Positions 49,133-64,000 of a DNA stretch of 64,000 nucleotides are shown here, piece after piece. Each line of letters begins with the position of its first letter. Position 1 is the first letter of the stretch. The DNA lies in the NCBI GenBank assembly GCA_037447605.1, contig CM074807.1:1-64000 (forward strand), written 5' to 3'. A program made the position numbers and the translations under genes. The stretch is from Zygnema circumcarinatum SAG 698-1b. Its lineage: Eukaryota > Plantae > Zygnematophyceae. The notes beneath the pieces are model-generated. The model saw only the letters and a list, made by a program, of their open reading frames with translations, searched no databases and had not been told where the DNA came from.

Positions 49133-52100
49133 ATGGCGCCCAGGCAGGCCATGGAGGCGCGCCGGCGGCTCCCGCTCGATCTCGCGCTGTTCGCCCTCGC
49201 CCTCGCCCTGCTCGCGCTGCGGCCGGCGGCAGGTGCGCGCCTTCTTTCTATTTCCGAGGGGGGGGCACGGGTGGAACGAGGGGGGTGCGCTTTTAGGGTT
49301 GCGGAGCTCGGACCCGGGCCTCTTTTCCCCCCTCCCAATCTCAAGCTTGATCCCTCTCCTCGTGTTCACTCTCTCGCTCTCTCCCCTCGTTCTCTTGACC
49401 TCATTTCTCTTCCTTCCGCCTCCCACGAACCTCCGACACCAACCACTTTCTCATTCCGCTTGCCCCCGCCTCTTTCTCCCTCACTTCCTGCCCCCCCCAA
49501 TTTATCTCCTTCATTCTCCCCGAACCCTACTTCCCGCCAAGTCACATTGCAATTTCCGCAAAGCGGAGACTCAGGTCCTCTCCTCTGCTGAAAGCTTGGG
49601 TGCAAACAATCGGCAGTTCTGCAAGCAATTTCACTCCTTTTTACTTCCTCCATGGGCCTGGAAATCCCTGAAGACTGCCACAGCGTCGCTATGCTGTCGT
49701 TTCCACAATGGCAGTTTTCTTTTGTTCCTTGGGAAAAGGAGAGATGTACTCGATTTGCACTTAAGCAATCGACAGAGGGAGGGGCCGGGAAAGGTCAAGT
49801 TGTAAAAGGCGAGGTGGGGAGTAGAAAAACAGAGTGTTTGCAGGGAGAGAATCCCTGTAGGAACGGAGACATGGATGGAGAGAGAGAGAGAGGAGGCGGG
49901 AGCTTCCCTGACCTCGCGCGAGCTGTTTCGCTGTGCAGGCCAAGAGTGCGGGGAGCAGTCGCCGGCCGTGGCGGTGTCGCCCTCCGGAGAGGACCTGCCG
50001 TGCTGCGGAGGAGGAGGAGCCCGCCCCTGCCGTACGCTCCTCGTTCCTTCCCCTTTTTCTTCTGCATTCGCAGGCATTCATGCATGCATGGCGGGCATCC
50101 ATGGCGGGCATCCATGGCGGGCATGCTGTGAGGTAGGGCTGAGGGGCTCCTGTGCTGCTGGGTGGTCTGGGTGCTGCTGCCGCGCAGGAACTCTAGCGGC
50201 CGCCCTCAAGAGGTTAGGCTCGCCACCCCTCCCCCCTTCTCATCCTCCGTGAAAGGAAGTATTGGGGGAGGGATGGAAAGTGAGATGGAGAGAGGGCGAC
50301 AGAAAGTGAATTAGAGCGACGGTGGGGGGGAGGGAGAGGGGAAGAGTCGCAGGGTGAGAGAGAATGAGAGGGAGGGGGAGAGAGAGATAGATAGAGGAAA
50401 AGAGAGAGAGAGAGGGAGAGAGGAAAAAAGAGAGAGAGAGAGGGAGAGAGGAAAAAAGGGAGAGAGAGCGGGAGAGAGAGAGAGGGAAGGAGAGACAGAG
50501 AAGAGAGAGAGGAGAGAGAGAGAGAGAGGGAAAGAGGAAAGAGAAAGTACGGTGCTTTCGTCTGAAGAGGCACTTGCTCCGCTGCCCTGTGTTGCGTTGT
50601 CCTTCCGTCAGAGTTGCGAGCGATGGCACCATCACATTACAGGCGGGGACGCACATTGCGGGCGGAGAGCAGAGCGTCGGCGCAGCCAATGTCACGATCG
50701 CGGCGGAGGGCGGCGAGGCGGCGGTGCTCGACTGCGGGGGGGAGAGATGCTTCCGGGTACTGCCGGCTGTAACTGCTGCCTTTGTCGTCTCCTGCACTCT
50801 CGCTCTTTTTCCCTAGAGGAGGATTGGATTGCTGGTTGGCTTATTGGGTTTCTTCTGGGGACATGTCTGCAGGCGGTATGCAACCAGCCAGCCTGCAAAA
50901 CTTCTGTGCTTTCTCTCAGGGGGTTCACAATCGTGAATGGCTCGAGCTCGCGGGGCGGCTGCGTCCATGTGGAGAACCAAGTGTTTGAGTCAAGGTAGGA
51001 TCCTGCCGCCCATTGGTACCCCGCTTCCTCTGTTTTGGCAGCTGTTCTCGACTTGTCCATTGGGCTATCGAGGTAAAGATTGCTCTATTTGTGGACGGGG
51101 CTTACAGGAATATGGTTTTTGATAAGTGCAAAGCGACTCTCGAAGGAGGCGCGGTTTCTGTGGTCAATACGACTTTCAACGTTTTCGACTCCGTCTTTTC
51201 CTCGTCAAGTGTTACGAGTGCAAATGGTTATGGTGAGTCAGCCCTGCTTTCATGCTCTGCCCAGTTCAAGTAAAGCTTCTCCGGGAGGTTCCATGCGCAT
51301 GATACTGTTGCCGCTAACTGAAGTTCCCCCCCCCTCCCCTCCCCTTCCCCCCCGGCAGGCGGCGGCGCCATATTCGCGCTGCAGTCCGTTGTGGCCCTAC
51401 GCAACAGCACGGTGCGCGCGTGCGAGTCCGCGGGCGACGCGGGCGGAGTGGTCGCGGCGGGCGGGGCCGTGCGCGCGGGCCCCGGGACGCGCTTCCTCGC
51501 CTGCTCCGCCGCCGCGCGGGGCGGGGCGCTCCTCACGCTCGCGGCCGCGCTCGACTGGCTGCTCGCCTCGGCCTCCTCCTGCACGGTCGGGACTCTCCTC
51601 CACCGCTGCCGAACTGGAAGGCAGCAGCGGGCAGTGGGGCGGACTCGTGGCAGAAAAGGGCAGGAGGGTTGCAGAGGAAGAGGAACGGGAGAAGAGGCAG
51701 GGGGAGGGATAGAGGTGGAAGAGAGAGATATAGAGGTCACTGACCCCTGTTTTGGAGTTATGTCTACAGGCGCAGGCTGGCGGGTGCCTCTACGACTCGG
51801 GGTCGACGGTGAACATCACGCTGGGCACGTTCACGAACTGCTCCGCCGTCGTTGGCGCGGAGCCGACGACCTCCTCGGCGGGCGGCGCGGGGGGCATCTA
51901 CTTGGAGGGCAGCACGAGCGCGCTGCTCGCGCACAGCGAGGTGGCCGACTGCAGCGCGCCCAGCGACGGTACGCACAGACCCTCCGCCCTCCGCCCTCCG
52001 CCGCGCAGGCGGGTGGACATGCCAGGGAGGGGGGGAGGGAGGGAGGCAGGAAGGGAGGGAGGGAGGGAGGGAGGAGGGAGGGAGGGAGGCAGGAAGGGAG

Positions 52101-55100
52101 GGAGGAATGGAGGAAGGAAGGGAGGGAGGGAGGGAGGGAGGGAGGGAGGGAGGGAGGGAGGGAGGGAGGGAGGGAGGGAGGGAGGGAGGAGGGAGGGAGG
52201 GAGGGAGGAAGGGAGGGAGGGAGGGAGTGAGGAAGGGAGGAAGGGAGGCAGGAAGGGAGGGAGGGAGGGAGGAAGGGGGGCAGGAAGGGAGGGAGGGAGG
52301 GAGGGCTGACGCGCGCGGGGCAGGGCTGCAGGCGGAGGTGGGGCCTACATCTTCAATGTCGCCGACTTCACAGTCACGGACTCCGCGTTTCGGGACAACA
52401 GCTGCTTCCTGGAAGGAGGAGGGCTGCATCTCAACCAAGTCAACGCCGTTATCGAGCGCTCCAATGTGAGCACTCTCAATATTCTGTCCTCGCCTGAACT
52501 CCCTCGTCCTTTGTGTCTGCCTTTCCACTTTCCCTGTGGTCTTTCATCTTCTTTCATCCGGCTGTCTCTCTTCTCCCTGTCTGAGAATTTTCTTCAAAGG
52601 CGGTAAGCTCTAGCAAGGGGTACAAACGAACCGCCATACAAACCGCATATTTCCGATGTCCTGGAATGTGTTTTCAACAAAAAACGTCGTCCTTTGAAAT
52701 GATGCGATGTGCATGTTTGGCGTGCAGTTCACGGGCAACACAATTACGGTGTCGTACAGCATGGGCGGGGGGCTCTACGCCATGAACGCCAACCTCAGCA
52801 TATCCGAAAGCTTCTTCATTCGCAACGGGGTGCTCTCAGACGACCCGGATGTGTTGATCCAGCAGTCAGGCGGCGCATTGTCCTATATCATATTTTCTGA
52901 CGGAGTGCATGAACTCCCCTCGCTCTTCGTGTCCGATACTCTTTTTGATGGAAATCAGGTCAGTCACTTGCAAAGTTGGTTTAGTCGGCTGCTTCCTCTC
53001 TCCCCCCACACCCGCCGCAACCGCCCTCTCTCTCTCGCGCGCTCTCTCTCTCTCTCTCTCCCGCTCCCCTCCCTCACACGGTTGGACTATGGCGGCGGTT
53101 GGGACGGGTGCAGGCGCAGAACGGCGGCGCGGTCCTGGCCACCATTCAGGCGGTGGAGGTGCCGGGCGGCGCGGGGCCGGCCCCGCCCGTCCTGCGCCTG
53201 CACCGCCTCGCCTTCACCAACAACTGGGCCTCCTTCCAGGGCGGCGCCAGTACGCTCCTAGCCCCCGCCCCGCTCTCTCTCTCTCTCTCTCCCTCACCCT
53301 CGCCCTCTCCTCTCCCTCTCCCTCTCCCCGCTCCCTTGGTCGTGCCACTCACGCTAGGGGGTGGGGCATGCTGCAGTTTCAGTCAATGGCCCGCCAATTA
53401 CGGTGGCGGACTCCTCCTTCTATAACAATTCGGCAGCATACGGAGGAGGGGCCTTTTCTGTCCAAATGAACGGAGTGGAGGAAATCGTAGTGCAGAACTG
53501 CAACTTCACGGCAAACTGGTGCGGTGGATTTGGAGGGGCTATCCAGATCCCAACGCAGGGGATAACAAATGTGACCATTTCCGGAAGCCAATTTCTGGAC
53601 AACAGAGCTATAGGCGGAACTGGCGGAGGGCTTTATCATGGAGGCACATTCGCAAGAATTGAGAACAGCAACTTTGTTGGAAACACAGCAAGCATACGGG
53701 GCGGTGGCGTGGCATGTGGGTCCCCTCAGCCCTCCCCTTTCCTCACTCTCTTCCCCTCTCTTTTGCTGTCGTATTTATCGGTTGTCTCTCTGCTTCTGTA
53801 CCATCCTCATTCCGATGTGGATGCACGGGCCGTGCAGTGGAGGGGTCCGGCATCGTCGAATCGAACACGGCGGGTGCGCAGGGCGTGTTCGCCAACTGCA
53901 CCTTCGTGCAAAACTCGTCCCCTCTGGGGGGAGGGGGGCTCTACGCCTCCACCACCGCCACGGGGGAGCTCACGGACTGCACCTTCACCGAGAACAACAG
54001 CACGCAGGGAGGCGCAGCCATGATGGCGGACTTCGCTGTCGTTAACTTCACAAAACTCACCTGCGAACTCAATATGTAAGCTGTAGTTTACAGGATTCAC
54101 TTCACACTAGCTTGAGTGAATTGTGCTAGAAGTAGGGTCAGAGGGTTGTGGCTGAATGTGAGAGATGTGTGGTGGTTGTGGGGTTGCAGAGCAACAGAGG
54201 CAGGCGGTTGTCTCGCGCTGCACAATCAGGTGAAGAGCTTCGTGGCGGATTCCTTGTTTCAGAGCAACAGGGGGCTCAGCGTGGGAGGGGCTGCCAGAGT
54301 GACGGGAGTTGCCACGTTGGCGATTGCAACGTATGAAGCTCGTTCCCTTTTCCCTCTGCTTGTGTGCCAACCTTTGGCGAACAGCGCTCTCTTGCATGCG
54401 TCGGGGCCGCTGCCCTGACGGCCGCCTCCCTCCCTCCGTTGCTGCCCTCCGCGCAGGTCCAACATCACCCGCAATCACGCGCTTGCCGGAGGAGGCATCT
54501 GGGCGGAGATCAACTCTATGTTGCAGATAACCTCCACGACCCTTTCTTACAACAATGCCACTTTTGAGGTGTTCAAGCGACCCCTCTCTCCCCCGCTCCC
54601 TGCTTCTCTCCAAGTCTTTTTTGTCGCTCGTGCCCACTTCCATGTATGCTTGCAGCCTTACACTACGTAATTTGCCTGGTTGATCTCTGCAGGGAGGCGC
54701 ACTTGTTCTGACTCACCAGGCCACCAGCGCCCTGCAGCTCTGCACCTTCTCCAGCAACGAGGCGGCCCTTGGGTCCGCAATGCTGGCTGCAGCGAGCACG
54801 ACAACGACGGCTCTCGGCTGCAAGTTCCTCAACAATGTGGCTTCAGCTGTGGTTCTGCAGGTCAGCTGCCGATGCTGGAAAACCTTTGGAACGATTCCTT
54901 GTTTTTAGTCGGCTCCTGTAGATAAGGCAATTGGCAGCGAGAGGGGATGAGAGATGGAGAGCCTACGGAAGGAGGAAGCGGAGAGGAGAGAGGAACGAGC
55001 AGGATGCATGAGCAGCTCTTGGTCCTCTGTGCTGTGCGCAGGGCTCCTCCACCCTTGAGCTGCGTCAGTGTGAGCTGCGTGGCAACCGCGGGAGCGGTGC

Positions 55101-55207
55101 CAATGGCGGGGCGCTGTGGGCCACGGATCAGGCCCTCCTGACGGACCATCTGTCCAACTTCACCGACAACGAGGCAGACTACGGGGGCGCCATTTACGCC
55201 GACGCGA

Positions 55208-55298
<91 letters not shown>

Positions 55299-58200
55299 GC
55301 TTTCTTCCTTTCTTGCGCTGTGTAACAAGCAGCGGCAGTGCCGCCTGCGAGTCGCTCGCTGCCGGCGAGCTGTGCGCGAAGCAAGGCCTCTCTCTGAGGG
55401 AGGGCGAGGGAGGGCGGGGCGTGCAGGCGACCGTGGCGGTGGAGGGGTCGCGGTTTGTTGGCAACGCCGCGGGGGAGCGCGGGGGCGCGGTGGCGGCGGG
55501 CGGGGGGAGCCGCGTGGCCCTAACCGCGTGCGCGTACAGCGGGAACGCGGCGCAAGGGGCGGGGGGGGCCCTCGCGCTGCTCGGGGCCGCGGGGGGGACT
55601 GTGGACAACTGCACCTTCGCGACCAACAAGGTGGGTGGATGGATGGCTGGGGAAAGGGCTGTCGTTCAACTTTGTTTTGTCCCTTGGTAATGGTGCCGTA
55701 TGCTAGTCCTGCGAGGGAGAACTGTACGCTCTGGTTTTTTGTGCATGGGCAGATAGTCATGGTTGGTTAAAGTTCTCATCTCTGCTCACTTTGCTGCTTC
55801 TGTGGTGCAGGCTGCAACAGATGGAGCCGGAGTGTATGTGAACAGAGCTGTGAGCAACAACGAGGATGCCTCTCCTCTCGGACCTTTGCAGCTTTCAGGA
55901 CTCATTTTTGAGGACAATGTCGCTCCTAGCAGGTGGGTACACTTATGTTCGAGTGTAGCAAGACATTCAAGGGCTACGAAATCCTTAAACATGCATTCCG
56001 AGCCATGGATCCGTTTCTTTTCCAAGCTATTGATACGTTTCTAACCCGGCCGCTGTTCTGGGGAGCGAGCAGTCAAGGTGCGGCTTTTTTCGATGGGTCG
56101 TACGAACCCTCCGAACGGATCTTATGCTCCAACTGCGAATACCGGCAAGCGAGCGACACTGAGGGAACCACTGCCACATACTTCAGGTGCGCGCCGACAC
56201 AGCTCGTCCTTTCCCGCTGCCGCCAGCTTCCCTGCCTCCCTCCCTCCCTCCCTCCTCCTCTTCTCTCTCCTTCTCTCTCCCTTACCGGGTCCTTACCGGG
56301 TCCGTTGCGCTCGCAGGTTCGTGTGGCCGGGCCGCACCGACCAGGGCATCAACGACAGCTTCCGCGTGCTGGCCTCCTCGGGGGACCCGGTCGTCTCCCT
56401 CGACCTCCTCGTGCTCGACCTCTACGGGAACGTCATACGCCTCGAGGATAGCGCCATGGCGGAAGTGCAACCCACACCGAGAATCAGCGGGTTTTTGAGA
56501 GGGTCAGCCAGTCAGGGACGCATACAAATTCCGAGCATCGCTGTCACAGTTCCAAACGGGGACATTTCTGATATTGAACTTCAGGTGACCCTTCTCCTCT
56601 CCATTCTATCGTTCTGGTCTTACTTCAAATCAATCAGTCCATTTCTGAAAAGATGACTGAAAGTCGGTCTAGTCCTCGTGTTGAGCCGTGGGAGTTGGCG
56701 GCATGTGCAGGTGACCATGTCCAGTCCCACAGAGAGCTTTCCTCCCATAGTCCGAACGTTAACCGTTGGGTTCTGCCCCGCCGGGCAGTACTACAGCGGC
56801 ACCAGCTACATGTGCGAGCTGTGCGAACTCGGCCACTGGTACCCTTCTTCTCCTTCCTTCTTTTGCCCCTCTACACTCCTCTCCCCCCCCCTCCCTCTCT
56901 CCCTCTCTCTCTCTCCCTCTCTATCTCTCCGCCGGTCTCCGCTCTCCTCCCCTCGTTCCTGACCTTGTGTCCTCTCCTCTCCCTGCGGCAGGTGCGGCGC
57001 GGGGCAGCCTGCGGAGGCGTGTCCGGACGGGTCCTTTTCGTTCGCGCGCGGTGCGCGGGCGGCGGGGGAGTGCGCGGTCTGCCTCGAGAGGGAGGGCCTC
57101 GCCTGCGCGGGGGGGCGGGGGGCCCTGCGCGCAGGGTTCTGGCTCGACCCCGCGACCCTCACCCTCAACTCGACCGGGGGGGGGCCCGCGCGCCGCCCCG
57201 CGGTGTACGGCTGCGACCAGTCAAGGGGCTGCGCGGGCTTCGCCTTCGAGGGGGCCGCTGCGCCCACAAAGCAGTGCAAGGCCGGCTACGAGGACCGGTC
57301 CGCTCTCCCTCCCTCCCTCCCTCCCTCCCTCCCTCCCTCCCTCCCTCCCTCTCGCTCGCTCGCTTGCAAGGGCCGCCGGGCCGTCGAACAGGTCCGGGAG
57401 GAGGACAGAGCAGTGGTCTTAACGAGTCTGGATTCTGATGGAAAGCTTGGGTTGTTGGCGGCTGCAGGGTGTGCGCGGTCTGTTCGAGCGGGTACTATGG
57501 CTTCCTCAGCACATGCAGCCGTTGCTCGGAAAATTACAAGAACGCGTTCCTTGTTGTGTTTATTGTTGTGATTGGCCTCTGGATCGTTTTGAATGGGATA
57601 ACCGCGGTGTTCACGGGAGCGGACACACTTGTAGTGGAGATGCAATTTTTGGCGGTAGTTGGGGCGTTCAATCTCAATTATTTTCCCGGCACCTGGATAA
57701 ACTCCATCTTCCAAGTTTTTAACATCACCCTCTTCTATCCTGGTAAGCCGAAACATCGCTCAAGTGCGAAGAAACACAGTGGCAGAAGGTGCGATTACGC
57801 AGTTCAACTTACCCTCGGCGTGGATTTTAACGGGTGCAGATTTCCTTGGGCCGTCATGCTTCAATGGGTCCTATACTTTCTCTCAAAGATGGGCTTTCAC
57901 TGCGATACTGCCTCTGGCCGGTGTGATATTCTGCCTCCTGGTTTACTTTGTGAACGACCTGCGCAACATCGTCGCGGAGCGGGTGGCGTGGCTGCGATGG
58001 TTTCAGACGCGGCTGAGTGCGGAGGAGCGCAAGCGGCAGCTGCTGCGGTCGGTCCTCAACCTGCTCGACCTGCTCTACCTCAGCGTGGCAATCCGCTGCC
58101 TGCAGGTCTTCCACTGGCAGAACCTCGACAAGAAGGTGCTCAGCGCGGACCCCTCGGTCGTTTGGCTCTCCCGAACGCATGTCACCCTGCTCCCATTCGC

Positions 58201-59705
58201 GGTCGTCTACACAGGTCGGTTTTCTGCCTCCCTTTTTCTGTGCCTGCACTTGCATTGTCCTTCTGCCGCAAGTCTTTTGACACCCTTCACTCACTTTTTT
58301 ACGCAGCTTTTTATGTCATTGGAGTTCCGCTCTTCTTCGGATGGGTCCTTGCTTCCGGCAAGCTCGAGGGGCGTCTCCACGAGAAAGCGTTTCTTGAGAA
58401 GTATGGCGCCCTCTATGAGCGGTATGAGCCCGACTATTGGTGGTGGTACATCCTCATGACAGCCGGCCGCCGATTGGCCTATGCGGCAATCTTCGTGTTC
58501 TTCAGTGCTCATCCCGACATGCAGGTAACATCCGTTTGACGACGCGTGTTTTTCTTCCTATTCTCTTTGTTCCACGATATTTTCTCGTTTTTCAGTGGGC
58601 TTTAATGCTTTGTTCGTCCTGTATTCCATGGCAGGCATACCTTACCTTCCTTCTCATCCTCGTCCTATCTCTCATTCACTACTTCACTCGTCCCCATAAA
58701 GCGACAGCTCTGGACATTCTTGTGGGCGTCCTCCTATTGGGCCAGTATCTTTACCTTCTGGCAGGAACGGCAAACTCGTATATGACCTCCTACGTTGCGG
58801 AAAGTCCTGCGGTAGCTGTCGCGGGAGCAGCTCTCATCCTATATCTGGTTGCGGCAGCAATCATCATGGGCTTCGAACTGCAGGAGTTGTGGGCCCGCTT
58901 TTGGGTGAGGCAGTGGGCGAGAGCGAACGGCGACAGGGACCTGTTGTCGAAGCAGCCCAAGGCACCAATCCTGTCTTTGAGGGCCCTATTTACAAAGCCA
59001 AAATCCGTACGAAGGTCAGGTGGGGTTGAATCTCCTGGCGACGACCTTGTTCCGCTGGAAGAAATTACAGCCATGTTCAACCCTCATGTCATGGCTGCCT
59101 TCCTGCAAACAGCAACTTTGGATGATCTTAATCTTCTCCAGATGATTCGAGAGGCGTACAGCGACCACGTCCCCAACGGGGATGAGATTCGGCAAGCTGG
59201 TCGAATCCTCGATTGCTTACCCAAGTCTCTACGTTTCTCGTTCATCAATGAGCTTCTGACGGATGCCGACGAGGTCGCGGCTTCTTTATTGGGAAATGGA
59301 AACAATGGCAGCAGTCCTCCAGGCCGTGCGGGAGCGGCTCCAACTTCTCTCCTCGCGGCCGACTCCCTTGCCAATCTCGAAAAAGTGCAGGGCTTGCAGC
59401 GGGTGAGGGAGCTGAAGCTGCTGGCGGAGGCGGCTGCCGGGGACAAGAAGAAGGCGGGCGCGACCCTGCAGCTGCTGCTGAGCCCGCACTGCGTGGAGGC
59501 CTTCACGGCGTGGCTGCTCTACGACGAGCTGGAGGGGCGCAGACCCGTGAGGGAGCTTCTGGCGAAGTTCAACCAATGGCTGCTCGTGCTGCCTTCGGAG
59601 ACGAGCTGGGTTGGATTCTGGAAGGGAGACGTGGTGGCGCGGCATCCCTACGAGGGGCAACTACGGAGGCGGTTGCGGCGCTTAAGTTTGAAGTTGACAC
59701 TTTGA
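49133..59705 (+). CDS. Large cell-surface protein: signal peptide, right-handed beta-helix (GGA/FxxN Pmp-like repeats), Cys-rich region, multi-pass TM region and cytosolic tail (>20 exons)
   Basis: Signal peptide LALFALALALLAL, then VSPSGED..CG..PCRTL. Many GGA[ILV]/FxxN repeats (FYNNSAAYGGGAF, FLDNRAIGGTGGGLY, FVGNAAGERGGAV). CxxC blocks (CPAGQYY..CELC, CAVCSSGYY..CSRC). TM block with GVPLFF..KYGALYERYEPDYWWW..RRL. Final exon runs to 59705. Confidence 0.8.
50350..50545. repeat. GA-rich intronic simple repeat
   Basis: Directly visible. Confidence 0.9.
52025..52305. repeat. (GGGA)n intronic tract
   Basis: Directly visible. Confidence 0.95.
55210..55297. repeat. (GT)n microsatellite starting at an intron donor
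   Basis: Directly visible. Confidence 0.97.
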
Positions 59706-60346
59706 GGTATTTAGTGGTACTTAGTGTATTGGACCAGTCTGATAGAGGGCTGGCAATAAGTTATGCGGAGCGCAGGCAAGCTGTGTACATAGCGTTGGCA
59801 AGGTCAAGTAGCTGACCAGGGTACGCGAGTCTGAGTGGTAGGGCGGGGCTGCCAGTTGAGCCGCCGTCAGGAGACGAGCTGTTCAGGCGCCTCCTTTCGA
59901 TCCGTTCCCGTTTTGAAGTTCACGTAAGAGCATAGTAGAGGAAGGGACGGAAGCTTAAGAAATTAATTCGGAAAGAGCAGGGAAAATAAAGTGAAAGCTG
60001 TGTTGCTTTCGTCATAAAGAAACTGTTTGCAGACCAAAACTCTGCGCGCACATCAACTCTTGTCAATGCCTCGTTTCTCAGTTCCATGGGCAGACCAACA
60101 GCTTTCAGCGTTAGAGCACATTTTCCTGTTCCAAAGACCTTTCGAAAAAAATGTTCCAAGAACAGCGCACTGCAAGAATGTGGAAGTGAACTTCACCCAT
60201 GCAATACACAGAACACGTCTTTTAGCTTTTTACTGCTTAACATCGTCAAAAGTATTGAGGGAAGATGCAGCCTGAGCGAAGAAATCCTGCGATGCAGAAA
60301 CTCTGCTACGCACTTGTGAAGCATTTAATATTGCAATTCACTTAAA

Positions 60347-63986
<3,640 letters not shown>

Positions 63987-64000
63987 TGCAAGCAGCAAAG

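Noticed and set aside
48301-49805. Long overlapping Arg/Gly/Ala/Pro-rich ORFs
   Set aside because: They reflect a very GC-rich promoter; only the signal-peptide exon from 49133 is supported.
59070-59590. RGS-like motif in the cytosolic tail (LLSPHCVEAFTAWL)
   Set aside because: The similarity is too short and the ENxxF signature is missing.

Overview
Intron-rich, GC-heterogeneous nuclear DNA from a green-lineage eukaryote. A streptophyte (charophyte-grade) alga is the likely source, inferred from PALE CRESS, a TMO5-like bHLH, a PsaN-like gene and an apparent selenoprotein relic. The window seems to start at a chromosome end: 1.8 kb of scrambled GGCC-based repeats, then three CCCTAAAAA units. 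Twelve spliced genes can be rebuilt by eye: fructosamine/ribulosamine kinase, PAC, proteasome alpha-2, beta-amylase, PsaN-like, glyoxalase I, SWEET, fibrillin-domain protein, RRP42, RanBP2 zinc-finger protein, TMO5-like bHLH and a large beta-helix/Cys-rich/multi-TM protein. A class IV sirtuin is cut off at its 5' end. The most notable signal is absent from the ORF track: a multi-exon gene at about 15.5-16.7 kb with in-frame TGA codons and hydrophobic segments. It resembles the algal/protist membrane selenoprotein (MSP) but carries frameshifts and has no canonical SECIS, so it may be a decaying selenoprotein gene. A hAT-type MITE, microsatellites and a 10-N gap are also present. All family assignments come from motif recognition, not database searches.
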